A stretch of 57,201 nt of DNA from Bdellovibrionales bacterium (GTDB taxonomy: Bacteria; Bdellovibrionota; Bdellovibrionia; Bdellovibrionales; DASUEL01), in the NCBI GenBank assembly GCA_050250255.1, contig JBFWOZ010000016.1, positions 1 through 57,201 on the forward strand. The letters run 5' to 3'. Of this stretch, positions 1-8,616 are shown in pieces. The notes below the pieces were generated by a model. The model was not told where the DNA came from and made no database searches. It saw only the letters and a list, made by a program, of their open reading frames with translations. Positions within the stretch are counted from its first letter, which is position 1, and each line of letters opens with the position of its first letter. The position numbers and the translations under genes were made by a program.

Positions 1-123
1 GTTATTGGGGTGCTTTTGCTTCTTCGTGAGCCACTGTCGCGCCTTCTAGGCCGTCTGCCCCGTGTAACCCGCCACCCGCGCGAATTACAGATGGTTATGA
101 ATATCTAATTAAACCGGACAGCA

Positions 124-447
124 GTGGTTAACAACACAATAAAATGCTGGGGTAAAAATGAGCGTGGTGAATTAGGCCTTGGTGATAAAAATCATAGGGG
201 AGATCAGCCAGGAGAAATGGGCGAGTCATTACCAGTTATCTACTTGGGAAAAAAACAATCTGTACTTTCAATAACCATGGGTGATCAATTTGTTTGCGCT
301 CTTTTAGGTTCTCCTCAGCAAAATTTGGTCAAATGTTGGGGGTTGAATGACGATGGTCGCTTGGGACTTGGAGAGTCGGATATGAGCTCTAGTCGTGGTG
401 ATGGCCCGGACGAAATGGGCGATAATCTACCTTACGTGAAACTGTAA
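124..447 (+). pseudogene. RCC1/BLIP-II repeat protein, C-terminal fragment (probably 5'-truncated)
   Basis: Two KCWG.N..G.LGLG repeats (KCWGKNERGELGLGD, KCWGLNDDGRLGLGE). The ORF starts mid-repeat, with an in-frame TAA at 106-108 and unrelated GC-rich sequence upstream. Confidence 0.6.
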
Positions 448-477
448 AAAATAAATTTTCTATATCATCTCACGCTT

Positions 478-493
478 TGGGCCACACATTGCA
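478..493 (+). promoter_or_regulatory. Candidate sigma54 (-24/-12) promoter
   Basis: TGG-GCCACACATT-GCA: GG 479-480, 10 nt, GC 491-492. The ATG of the next gene lies 13 nt after the GC. Confidence 0.5.
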
Positions 494-505
494 ATGTCGT
501 AGTGG

Positions 506-1873
506 ATGCTATGTAAGGGAGTTTTTTACTCACGAGCGCTCAAAATCTTTTCATGGTTGTCAGTTTTTTTGACAACTCAACTTATAACCTTCTCGGCTGT
601 TGCCTTCGAATGTGACCAGCTTTTTCAATTTATTAATCAGTCAAAAAGTCGAACGATCGATGAGCTTTTATTGAAAATGTCCAAAGATCCTGTCTTTGGA
701 GATTATTTGGGCTACTACACACTCATGTATAAAAGTTTAAGCCTCCAAAAACCGCGAACACCAGCGGAGCCTCGGGTGATCGTTTACGGTCGTGATGGAA
801 AGTCCATTATGACTTTTTTGAATCACATAGACACCAGAGGCAAGGACGCGCTCGAATTTTCTTGCTGGCGCGAAGCTCTTTCGGCTTTTGAATTTTATGA
901 GATGGATTTTAAAGTTACCAATAAAATCAATCCTAACCACGGCAAGAATCCCATTAGCTGTCAGCGTTGCCATGGTGTTGATCCACGGCCTAACTTTGAT
1001 GCTTACAATACTTGGACGGGCGCTTTTGGAAGTTTGTCGCGCAACGGCTGTTCATCGATACATAAAGAGACTTTGGAGTATGCCTACTTTAAAGAATTTA
1101 GCGAAAAACATCGGAATGCTGGTCGCTATCAGTATTTACCACAAAAAGTAACTCCTCCTAAGTTTAACGGTTATAGTTTTTTTCCTCCGCGGCCTTTAGA
1201 CAGTTGTTCGTTCACGCCCCAACTTGAGCCTGCTGACGACGGACAGATGTATGTTGAATCAGACATACCTTCGCCGCTTATTGCTTTTCAAAATGCTGTG
1301 AGTACAGAACCAAATGCTCAGATGCTTGATTTGTTAACTCCACTTAACTTCCTACGAATCGCACGTATTATTGGAACCAACACACAGCTCCAGAAGTTTC
1401 ATCCAGCTCTTGAGGGGTTAAAGCAAGGATGCGACATGAAGCTTTTTTTTCCAGAATCTGTTTTAAAACAAGGGAAAGCTTTCGAAGAAGTTTTGGCCAA
1501 CGCGGTTCTTCAAATAGAATTAGACTTCGAAGAGCGAAAAAAAGCTTTCCTCACTTTCAACCGCAAAGACCCTTATGACCCAACGAGAGCTCCTATAAAT
1601 TTCTCGGCAAGACATTCAAACCTTTTAGGTTCTTTCCGTTACACTTTAGAAAAAATGGGTATTCCATTTTTTAAAATTTCTATGGGCTTTTTATTTGGTA
1701 CCTATGAGTTTACCACTAACAATCGATTCAGTAGTGACTCCATCGAATCGATTATCAAAATCGTTTATGAAAAGTATCAATTGCCATTAGTGTTTGATGT
1801 TTCTTGCGAAAATTTGGCGAACATGAGCCAAGAGGCGCTGACAGGTTATCAAGCGCCTATCTTAAGAAAATAA
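506..1873 (+). CDS. Exported protein with a single CxxCH heme-binding motif (putative c-type cytochrome)
   Basis: 455-aa ORF with an N-terminal hydrophobic signal ending AVA-F and a CQRCH motif. Confidence 0.6.
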   Translation: MLCKGVFYSRALKIFSWLSVFLTTQLITFSAVAFECDQLFQFINQSKSRTIDELLLKMSKDPVFGDYLGYYTLMYKSLSLQKPRTPAEPRVIVYGRDGKSIMTFLNHIDTRGKDALEFSCWREALSAFEFYEMDFKVTNKINPNHGKNPISCQRCHGVDPRPNFDAYNTWTGAFGSLSRNGCSSIHKETLEYAYFKEFSEKHRNAGRYQYLPQKVTPPKFNGYSFFPPRPLDSCSFTPQLEPADDGQMYVESDIPSPLIAFQNAVSTEPNAQMLDLLTPLNFLRIARIIGTNTQLQKFHPALEGLKQGCDMKLFFPESVLKQGKAFEEVLANAVLQIELDFEERKKAFLTFNRKDPYDPTRAPINFSARHSNLLGSFRYTLEKMGIPFFKISMGFLFGTYEFTTNNRFSSDSIESIIKIVYEKYQLPLVFDVSCENLANMSQEALTGYQAPILRK

Positions 1874-1874
1874 A

Positions 1875-3032
1875 CTAAGGCTTTAAAGAAGCGTCAATGA
1901 GTTCTCTTACTCGTAACGTGAACTTGTAAGCAAGGTGATCAGACGGTTGTTTTGCACGCTCATCGTAGCTGGTAGCGAGCGGCCATTCTTTTCCCTGATC
2001 ATCTACGTAACGAATCACATCCGCATCCGTAATATATTTTTGGATTCCAGGGGCGACGAGAGCCATGTCGGGTTGGGTGACTTGCGCGGGATGCTCTACC
2101 TTCACTTCACCTTCCGGCGTTCTGGTAATTTTCGCTCTATGATAGGTATGTGTACCGCGTTTTAAGATGGGTACATTTCTTACTTCCAGAGTGTCAACAA
2201 AGCCGAGTTGTCTTAAGGGAAGAAGCTCTGGACTCAAGGGCGAGTGTCCGTTGGCATCTCCTAAAATAATAATCGGCGCCTCTTTGCCAAACTCGGTAAG
2301 AAGTTTTTGTGCGACTTCACCAATTTTTAAAAACTGGGTGCGACGAAGGAGTTCGGAGTCGCGATCTCCTGGGCGACCGCGCTTTGATTTCATGTGCATG
2401 CCCACGAGAATCAAAAAGGGTTTTGCATTCGCTTGCGTTCTAAAAAGATAGACGGGGAGATCACGAGGTAAAAGCGGAACGGCTTGACCTTTTTCTGCAG
2501 GGTCTTGCCATAAAGTGTCTTTGTGACTTCTGGTTTCGATTTGAAAAGGATAGCTTTTGTCGGCGTAAAGTCCTGATTGAATACGTCCATCTAGTGACTT
2601 TTCGGTGAGGGATTCATATTTTTCACCTAAATATTGTTTATCGAATTCGAGCATGCCCTGAGTGCTTTCGATCTCTTGACCAAAAATAAAAGCGGGATTG
2701 ATTGTTCGAATGATTCGACCTTGCCATTCTGGCATCGCCGGATCTTTTGGAAGCCCATCCGTGTTGGGTCTTAATGTTTTTTTATTGGGTGCAGTAGGTT
2801 CCCACTTTCCTGCATTTGTGATGAGGCTCATGAAGTTGTAGGTAAGGATGGTGAGTTCGTTAACGTTCGATACAGAAATTTGCGGTGTGGAAGATTTTAA
2901 AATCGTGATCGGAGCGAGAGCTTTTTCTCCACCTAGCACGTTTTGACATAAGTCATTGGTGGAAGCGTAAAGTGTCGTTAAGGTTGTAGTGGCGAAGAAG
3001 AGAACGAGTAAGAGTTGAAACAGCTTGAACAT
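1875..3032 (-). CDS. Secreted endonuclease/exonuclease/phosphatase (EEP) family protein
   Basis: Signal peptide plus EEP motifs TYN, QEIE, HMKSK, LGDAN and C-terminal PSDH. Confidence 0.8.
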   Translation of the reverse strand: MFKLFQLLLVLFFATTTLTTLYASTNDLCQNVLGGEKALAPITILKSSTPQISVSNVNELTILTYNFMSLITNAGKWEPTAPNKKTLRPNTDGLPKDPAMPEWQGRIIRTINPAFIFGQEIESTQGMLEFDKQYLGEKYESLTEKSLDGRIQSGLYADKSYPFQIETRSHKDTLWQDPAEKGQAVPLLPRDLPVYLFRTQANAKPFLILVGMHMKSKRGRPGDRDSELLRRTQFLKIGEVAQKLLTEFGKEAPIIILGDANGHSPLSPELLPLRQLGFVDTLEVRNVPILKRGTHTYHRAKITRTPEGEVKVEHPAQVTQPDMALVAPGIQKYITDADVIRYVDDQGKEWPLATSYDERAKQPSDHLAYKFTLRVRELIDASLKP

Positions 3033-3102
3033 AGATCCCCCCGGATGGGTGGGCTTATCTCATGGGTTGATCTTCGAAAGAATTTAAAGTATTTCGAGCT
3101 CC

Positions 3103-4011
3103 ATGAATTGGAAAAAATTATTCAAAATAGGCTTAGGGGTCGTATTTGGTGTGGTCACATTGAGTGTCATCTCGCTTATATACCTTCTGACTCAATTACC
3201 GTCCAAAACACAGATTCAACAGACAGTTCAGGCCGCCAGCCAACCTGACCCATCACCGAAGGTGGCGAAAGCAACGGCCACCTCTCAATCAGAGGTTTCT
3301 GCTCAGGCAGATACTTACGTGACGGGGAAGTCAGGGGAGAAAACGGCTCTTCCAGAGGCTGATAAAAAAGAAGCAGAGGCCTTCTTCTTTCGATTAACCA
3401 AAGAAGATCCTCGAGACATTCAAGTTTGTCGTAATCTTTTTCGTGCGAAAGATTTTGAGCCTCTGGCCGCTTCTGAAACTGCGGTGAATGATTTTTTAAA
3501 AAGTGCCGAATCCGAGAATCCTTATCTGCGCTCTATGAGACCGGCGGCGAGGTATCTACTGCAGAAAACAAAAATGAAAGAGATGATGGAAGAGTTGGAA
3601 AAGAAAGAGAACGGGGAAGAGAGCCTTGCTCAGAAAAGCTTGTTTTATTATAAAGCAGTACAAGCAGTAAGAGATGTTCAAAACAATCAGAAAAAAATTG
3701 AACTGATGGCCGATCGTTCGATGCACCTCTACGTGCTTTCCCAACTTGCGCATAAAAATTCAGAGATAGCTCGTGAAGACCAGGTAATGCAATTTTGCGA
3801 TTCTATTGAAGAAAAATTAAGTCGTGATGACCTTCAGGATATTGAAGGGGAGAGAGAAGATCTTGTTCAGCTGATCGAAAGTCTGGGGCTCACTCCGCAA
3901 GAGTTGAATTTTGATCCTAAAAAAAGGGCGAATCTCAATATTCAACTGAATCCCAAGGACCTACAATTGGGCTTGGGATTTGAAGAGCCACAAAAAACTG
4001 TGACTCAGTAG
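3103..4011 (+). CDS. Hypothetical membrane-anchored helical protein
   Basis: 302-aa ORF with a single N-terminal TM helix, a low-complexity linker and a charged helical domain. Confidence 0.7.
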   Translation: MNWKKLFKIGLGVVFGVVTLSVISLIYLLTQLPSKTQIQQTVQAASQPDPSPKVAKATATSQSEVSAQADTYVTGKSGEKTALPEADKKEAEAFFFRLTKEDPRDIQVCRNLFRAKDFEPLAASETAVNDFLKSAESENPYLRSMRPAARYLLQKTKMKEMMEELEKKENGEESLAQKSLFYYKAVQAVRDVQNNQKKIELMADRSMHLYVLSQLAHKNSEIAREDQVMQFCDSIEEKLSRDDLQDIEGEREDLVQLIESLGLTPQELNFDPKKRANLNIQLNPKDLQLGLGFEEPQKTVTQ

Positions 4012-4097
4012 TAAATCTGTAACGCTAAGTAAATGATGCTCCCAAGGCTACTCGTGTAGAGAAGTGTTTGGGTCCATTCTGCAGCTTGCTGAAACAT
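4005..4097 (-). CDS. Unannotated 30-aa hydrophobic microprotein MFQQAAEWTQTLLYTSSLGSIIYLALQIYY
   Basis: GGAGGT Shine-Dalgarno (4101-4106) just upstream of ATG 4097, TGA at 4005-4007, and a TM-like C-terminal half. Confidence 0.5.
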   Translation of the reverse strand: MFQQAAEWTQTLLYTSSLGSIIYLALQIYY

Positions 4098-4121
4098 ATA
4101 ACCTCCGTGTTATTTAACTGT

Positions 4122-4148
4122 AAAATAGCTGCCTCGCACGAGGCAGCT
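4122..4148 (-). terminator. Intrinsic terminator after flagellin
   Basis: Inverted repeat agctgcctcg(4127-4136)/cgaggcagct(4139-4148), followed on the minus strand by ATTTT. Confidence 0.7.
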
Positions 4149-4154
4149 TAAAAA

Positions 4155-4988
4155 TTATCCTAATAATTTCAATGCTAATTGTGGCATTTGGTTCGCTTGC
4201 TGAATCATAGAAACAGCAGCTTGCTGAAGAATGGTGTTTCTTGCAAGTTCGCTCGACTCCGCAGCTACATCCGTGTCGCGAATGCGTGAGTTAGCGGCTG
4301 ACAAGTTTTCTTCAGAAATCGATAAGTTTTGAATGGTAGATTGTAATCTATTTTGAACCGCACCAAAGTTAGCGCGCATCGCATTTACCGAGACAATCGC
4401 TTGGTCCACAGCAGATAAGCTCAATTGAGCGGCTTCTTTTGTGGCAACACTTTCGGCCATAAGGCCAAGAGCGGCGAGTGTGGAGTTTGCCGCTGCCGTG
4501 TTAAAGCTTAAGCGATCTTTAAAATCGTCATTATAGATACCAATTTGGATATCCATAATTCCGCCTGTGCCATTGAGAAGATCGCGACCGTTAAAGGCCG
4601 TGCTTTCTGCAATACGCTGAACTTCAGATTTTAATTGTTGATATTCGACATCGATGAATTTTCTTTCCGTATCACCGATGGTGTCGGAGGCGGCTTGGAT
4701 TCCTAATTCACGGAATCGAGCCATGATAGAGGAGATCTCATTGAGTCCACCTTCTGCCACTTGCACGAGTGAAATACCATCGTTGGCGTTTCTCCATGCT
4801 TGCTTCATTCCTCTTAATTGTGCTCTTAAGTTTTCACTGATCGCGAGACCTGCAGCATCGTCGGCGGATTGATTAATCCGGAATCCTGAGCTGAGGCGGG
4901 CAAGTGACTTGTTCATTGCATCACTGTTGCCTTTGAGATTTCGTTGGGCGTTTAAAGACGCCACGTTCGTAGATACACGCATACCCAT
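4155..4988 (-). CDS. fliC: Flagellin
   Basis: N-terminal RLSSGFRINQSADDAAGLAISE and C-terminal RIRDTDVAAE flagellin motifs. Start moved from 5012 to ATG 4988, which has an AGGAGG RBS. Confidence 0.97.
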   Translation of the reverse strand: MGMRVSTNVASLNAQRNLKGNSDAMNKSLARLSSGFRINQSADDAAGLAISENLRAQLRGMKQAWRNANDGISLVQVAEGGLNEISSIMARFRELGIQAASDTIGDTERKFIDVEYQQLKSEVQRIAESTAFNGRDLLNGTGGIMDIQIGIYNDDFKDRLSFNTAAANSTLAALGLMAESVATKEAAQLSLSAVDQAIVSVNAMRANFGAVQNRLQSTIQNLSISEENLSAANSRIRDTDVAAESSELARNTILQQAAVSMIQQANQMPQLALKLLG

Positions 4989-5159
4989 AAAACTATCCTC
5001 CTTGCATAACAAATCCTCCTGATTTGGCGCCGTCCATTTGGCATTAACCGCACATCATGTGCAGATGATTGACTCAAATACCAGATCGGGACATGTCTCA
5101 TTTTGCAAGAGTCTAGTTTTTATTATTTTGAGAAAAATGGGGGAGAGTACTTTTGTAAA

Positions 5160-5183
5160 TTGGGAGGACTAATGTCCTCCCAA
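5160..5183. terminator. Stem-loop between the flagellin genes (possible terminator)
   Basis: Perfect 10-bp stem ttgggaggac-taat-gtcctcccaa. Confidence 0.5.
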
Positions 5184-5328
5184 AAAGCAGGAAACAGTAG
5201 CATGAGGCTTTTTGAGCTCTCATTGCATAGCCTTTACATCCGTTGATCATTTTCGTTGATCAGGGGTTGTCAAAGGTTCACGAAACATACATTGCTCTAG
5301 TGTAAGCTCCCTTGCGGGAGTTCACTCA

Positions 5329-6174
5329 TTAAGCGAAGGTTTGTTTCAGGAGTGAAATGGCAGCTGCGGACGTTTGGTTCGCTTGGGCTAAGACCGAAGT
5401 GCCAGCTTGCATTAAAACGTTATTTCTTGTTAATTCAGCAGTTTCTTCTGCTACATCCACATCTCTTACGCGGCTGTTAGCTGCGGCGAGGTTTTCTACT
5501 GAGATCGCGATGTTATTAATCGTCGACATCAATCGATTTTGGATGGCACCGAAGTCGGCGCGCATAGCAGACACGCTCACGATGGCAGAGTCGATAGCGC
5601 TTAAGCTGTTTTGAGCTGAAGCTTTATCAGAAACGCTTGTGAGATTGATTCCGAGAGCCGCTGTGTTCGCATCTGCTTTCGAAGCATCGAAAGTGAGGCG
5701 GTCAACGTTCGGGTCATTTCGTGTACCTACTTGGAAGTCGAGAAGGACTCCCGTACCATTTAACAGAGTTGTTCCGTTAAATTCTGTGGCGTCTGCGATA
5801 CGATCAACTTCTGAGATCAATTGATCATATTCCACGTTTAGAAACTGTCTTTCAACTGGACCGATTGTATCACTGGCTGCTTGTACACCCAATTCACGTA
5901 ATCGGATCAAGATAGAGGAGACTTCGTTGAGTCCGCCCTCTGCGACTTGCACAAGTGAGACACCATCTTGTGCGTTTCTTGAGGCTTGTTTTAAACCTCT
6001 TACTTGTGCTCTTAAGTTCTCACTGATTGCGAGACCGGCAGCATCATCACCGGCGCGATTAATTCTGAAACCAGAAGACAATCGCTCTAAACTTTTATCT
6101 AACGCTACTTTTGTTCCCCACAAATTTCTTTGTGCGTTTAACGAAGCCACGTTTGTATTAATTCTCATACCCAT
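5329..6174 (-). CDS. fliC: Flagellin
   Basis: RLSSGFRINRAGDDAAGLAISE and RVRDVDVAEE motifs, with a GGAGGAGG RBS. Confidence 0.97.
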   Translation of the reverse strand: MGMRINTNVASLNAQRNLWGTKVALDKSLERLSSGFRINRAGDDAAGLAISENLRAQVRGLKQASRNAQDGVSLVQVAEGGLNEVSSILIRLRELGVQAASDTIGPVERQFLNVEYDQLISEVDRIADATEFNGTTLLNGTGVLLDFQVGTRNDPNVDRLTFDASKADANTAALGINLTSVSDKASAQNSLSAIDSAIVSVSAMRADFGAIQNRLMSTINNIAISVENLAAANSRVRDVDVAEETAELTRNNVLMQAGTSVLAQANQTSAAAISLLKQTFA

Positions 6175-6258
6175 ACAATCCTCCTCCTTGAAGATTAGAG
6201 TTCCTCTTTCGAGGTGCCGTCAGCGTCCTTGCCGACTGGGGTTCTTTACTCAACTAAC

Positions 6259-6285
6259 TCATCGGTGTCTCAATCTGAGTCTTTA
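6259..6285 (-). promoter_or_regulatory. sigma28 (FliA) promoter of flagellin
   Basis: Minus strand TAAA-N15-ACCGATGA, matching the TAAA-N15-GCCGATAA consensus. Confidence 0.8.
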
Positions 6286-6381
6286 GGCCTTTTTCTCATT
6301 TTAAGAAAACCTAGACGTTTAGTTGATAAAAACCTGTCTAAAGTCTTGATCTCGTCAGGGGGAGGCACTACTCTCTAAACT

Positions 6382-6735
6382 ATGCATGTTTTGCAGCAGG
6401 TTTTAGTCTTAATCATCGTCTTATGTCCTTGGATCGCCACATATATATTGATGAAACAAGAAAAGCGAAGCGCAAAGACAGTCTCCATATTGTTTTTATG
6501 GGGTCTCTTTTTTTCGGGTCTGGGATGGTTTTTAGCCATGTTTTTTACCATTGCGATAAAAACCCCGATTCCTAATACTTGGGACACTGGCCTGAGTTTT
6601 CTCGTCGCAACTGCCGTATTTTCCTTCTTCGCAAAAAGACGTCTACATGTAAAAGGGGTCAGCCTTTTCCTGGTGTCTTTTATTCCCCTCTTCTTTGTCT
6701 GCTTTTTCGGCGCTGTAGATGCGCTGCTCTCTTAA
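6382..6735 (+). CDS. Small integral membrane protein (about 4 TM)
   Basis: 117-aa ORF with four hydrophobic segments, preceded by a TTGATC-17-TACTCT promoter-like sequence. Confidence 0.65.
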   Translation: MHVLQQVLVLIIVLCPWIATYILMKQEKRSAKTVSILFLWGLFFSGLGWFLAMFFTIAIKTPIPNTWDTGLSFLVATAVFSFFAKRRLHVKGVSLFLVSFIPLFFVCFFGAVDALLS

Positions 6736-6786
6736 TTCTATTGCCTAACAACTTGCTTTATAGTTTCTAGGAGCCCTGGAGGAACT

Positions 6787-7185
6787 ATGAAATTAATGGC
6801 TATTTGTATGCTTATGTTAGGACTTTCCACTTCAAGCTTTGCCGCTTGTGTGGATCTCGCTGGGGTTTACCAAGGCGTGTCCTTTGATGGGGGAGTTTTC
6901 CAAACAAAAATCGAGCAAAACGAGTGTGCTTCTTTGAAGACAAGAGTGGTTTATGAAAACGGTCAGCGTTGGACCAAAATTTACGTCACCGATGGAACGT
7001 GGAGAAGCGACGATGGAATGCTCTATCGCGCTTCTTTAACGGAGAAGTCATTTATTCTTGAACAAGAGTTTCGTTCTTCAAGAGGTGACACCTACAGAAA
7101 ATATGAATGGTCTTTGAAAACGAATGGCAACGTGTTATTTACGGACCACTATAACGACTTCACGATGAACCTAAAGCGTCTTTAA
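6787..7185 (+). CDS. Secreted hypothetical beta-rich protein
   Basis: GGAGG RBS, signal peptide ending SFA-A, and 'CVDLAGVY' after cleavage. Confidence 0.75.
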   Translation: MKLMAICMLMLGLSTSSFAACVDLAGVYQGVSFDGGVFQTKIEQNECASLKTRVVYENGQRWTKIYVTDGTWRSDDGMLYRASLTEKSFILEQEFRSSRGDTYRKYEWSLKTNGNVLFTDHYNDFTMNLKRL

Positions 7186-8535
7186 ATATTCAATGAGTTC
7201 AGATTTCGCGTCTTCACTTAAGCTGAGGCCGTAGCGGTGACCGATGCTCGAGTGGCCGATGTCGTTTGTAGAATATTGAGAGCGATCTTTTGATGAAGAG
7301 ACGCTTGTTAATCCTAAATTCAATTTATCAAAACGGTGGAGCTCTCCAGCCTCTTTTAAAGAGAAGGTTTGTGGTCTTTGCGCGGGTTCCTTTAAAAGAT
7401 CACGAATTGTCGGTACCGACCCATTATGTAAGTAAGGAAAGCGTGACCAAATCCCTACGAGCCTAGGTGCGAAGTAACCGTCCCCTAAGTTGGTGGCTTG
7501 TAAGATATCGTTGAGAGGATTGCGGGCCACGAGATCTCGAAATTGTGGAGTGTTGGCTCTGAGGCGATCCGAGTCCGTACCGACGACAGAAATAGGAATC
7601 CATTTTGGTTCTTCAAAAAGTGGAAGCCCTTGCGCATCGACACGATACTGGCCGTGGCATCCTGCACATTGTTGATTAAAGTGACCTTTCCCTTTTTGAA
7701 CTTTTGCGAGATCAATTTCAAAAGGATATTTCACTGGGAGGAAGTAAGAGAACAGATGTTCCGCTTCTTCCACTTTTGGAAGATATTCACGGACCGTATC
7801 GACCGTCTGTCCTGCCGTAAGCTCAACCGCAATTGCCCACCCGGGAAGTACACCATTGCCAAAGCCATCACAAAATTGTCCGAGCTTTCGTTTCTCTTCG
7901 TAACCCCAAAGTACGGGAACTTTTACCGAACCTTTTGACATGTTCTCAGGCCACGTTTCGCCGGCCTGTTTATAAAACCAAGTTCTTACGAACGAAACGG
8001 GCACGAGCCCTTGAGATTGGTTCGCTAGCGGTTCATTCGCGAGAAGTTTCGCAAATTCCACAGCCGAATTTTTCGCTTCTTTGTAGTCTGGGTCATTTCG
8101 GTTTTTAAATTTAAATTTTGTATAGAGACTTTCGATCCACTTCACGTCTTGGCCAATGCGGAGAATGTCGATATTTTTATTTCCAAGCCCTGGGATAAAA
8201 ACGCCCGCGGCTTTTCCACTGTGACATCCGATGCAACCAAGCACGCCGAGTTTCATGTTTTTGTAAGGAACATTGAAGATACCAACGATCTCATCGTTTA
8301 CGACGTTAAATCCCCACTCACTACGTGCACGCTCGAGCATGACTTTTTTCAATGGCGGAATTTTTTCCATTTTCTCATACATCTCGATGAGATCTGGCAC
8401 GAGCATCATGCCTTTACCGTTAGCCGAGAAATGAAGATTGAGAAATTTTTGTTTCGCTTGTTGATCTTGCTCTAGGCGTGTTTGCGCAAAGGAGAAATGA
8501 AAAGAAAAAAGGAGGAGGAGAATGGCAAGCTTCAC
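7171..8535 (-). CDS. Exported di-heme c-type cytochrome, RoxA/cytochrome c peroxidase-like
   Basis: Signal peptide, two CxxCH motifs (CIGCH, CAGCH), APRLVGIWSRFPYLHNGSVPT and C-terminal LIEYLKTL. Confidence 0.8.
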   Translation of the reverse strand: MKLAILLLLFSFHFSFAQTRLEQDQQAKQKFLNLHFSANGKGMMLVPDLIEMYEKMEKIPPLKKVMLERARSEWGFNVVNDEIVGIFNVPYKNMKLGVLGCIGCHSGKAAGVFIPGLGNKNIDILRIGQDVKWIESLYTKFKFKNRNDPDYKEAKNSAVEFAKLLANEPLANQSQGLVPVSFVRTWFYKQAGETWPENMSKGSVKVPVLWGYEEKRKLGQFCDGFGNGVLPGWAIAVELTAGQTVDTVREYLPKVEEAEHLFSYFLPVKYPFEIDLAKVQKGKGHFNQQCAGCHGQYRVDAQGLPLFEEPKWIPISVVGTDSDRLRANTPQFRDLVARNPLNDILQATNLGDGYFAPRLVGIWSRFPYLHNGSVPTIRDLLKEPAQRPQTFSLKEAGELHRFDKLNLGLTSVSSSKDRSQYSTNDIGHSSIGHRYGLSLSEDAKSELIEYLKTL

Positions 8536-8616
8536 TTAGAATAGTTTGGAGGATACGGGGGATATTGAGTAGCCGGCGCCCCATTTTCGAGACAAACGTC
8601 TCAGGCCAAGGTGACA

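Noticed and set aside
5075..5115. sigma28 promoter for the downstream flagellin
   Set aside because: A -10-like CCCGATCT is present but the -35 at 15-nt spacing (CTTG) is poor, so it was not called.
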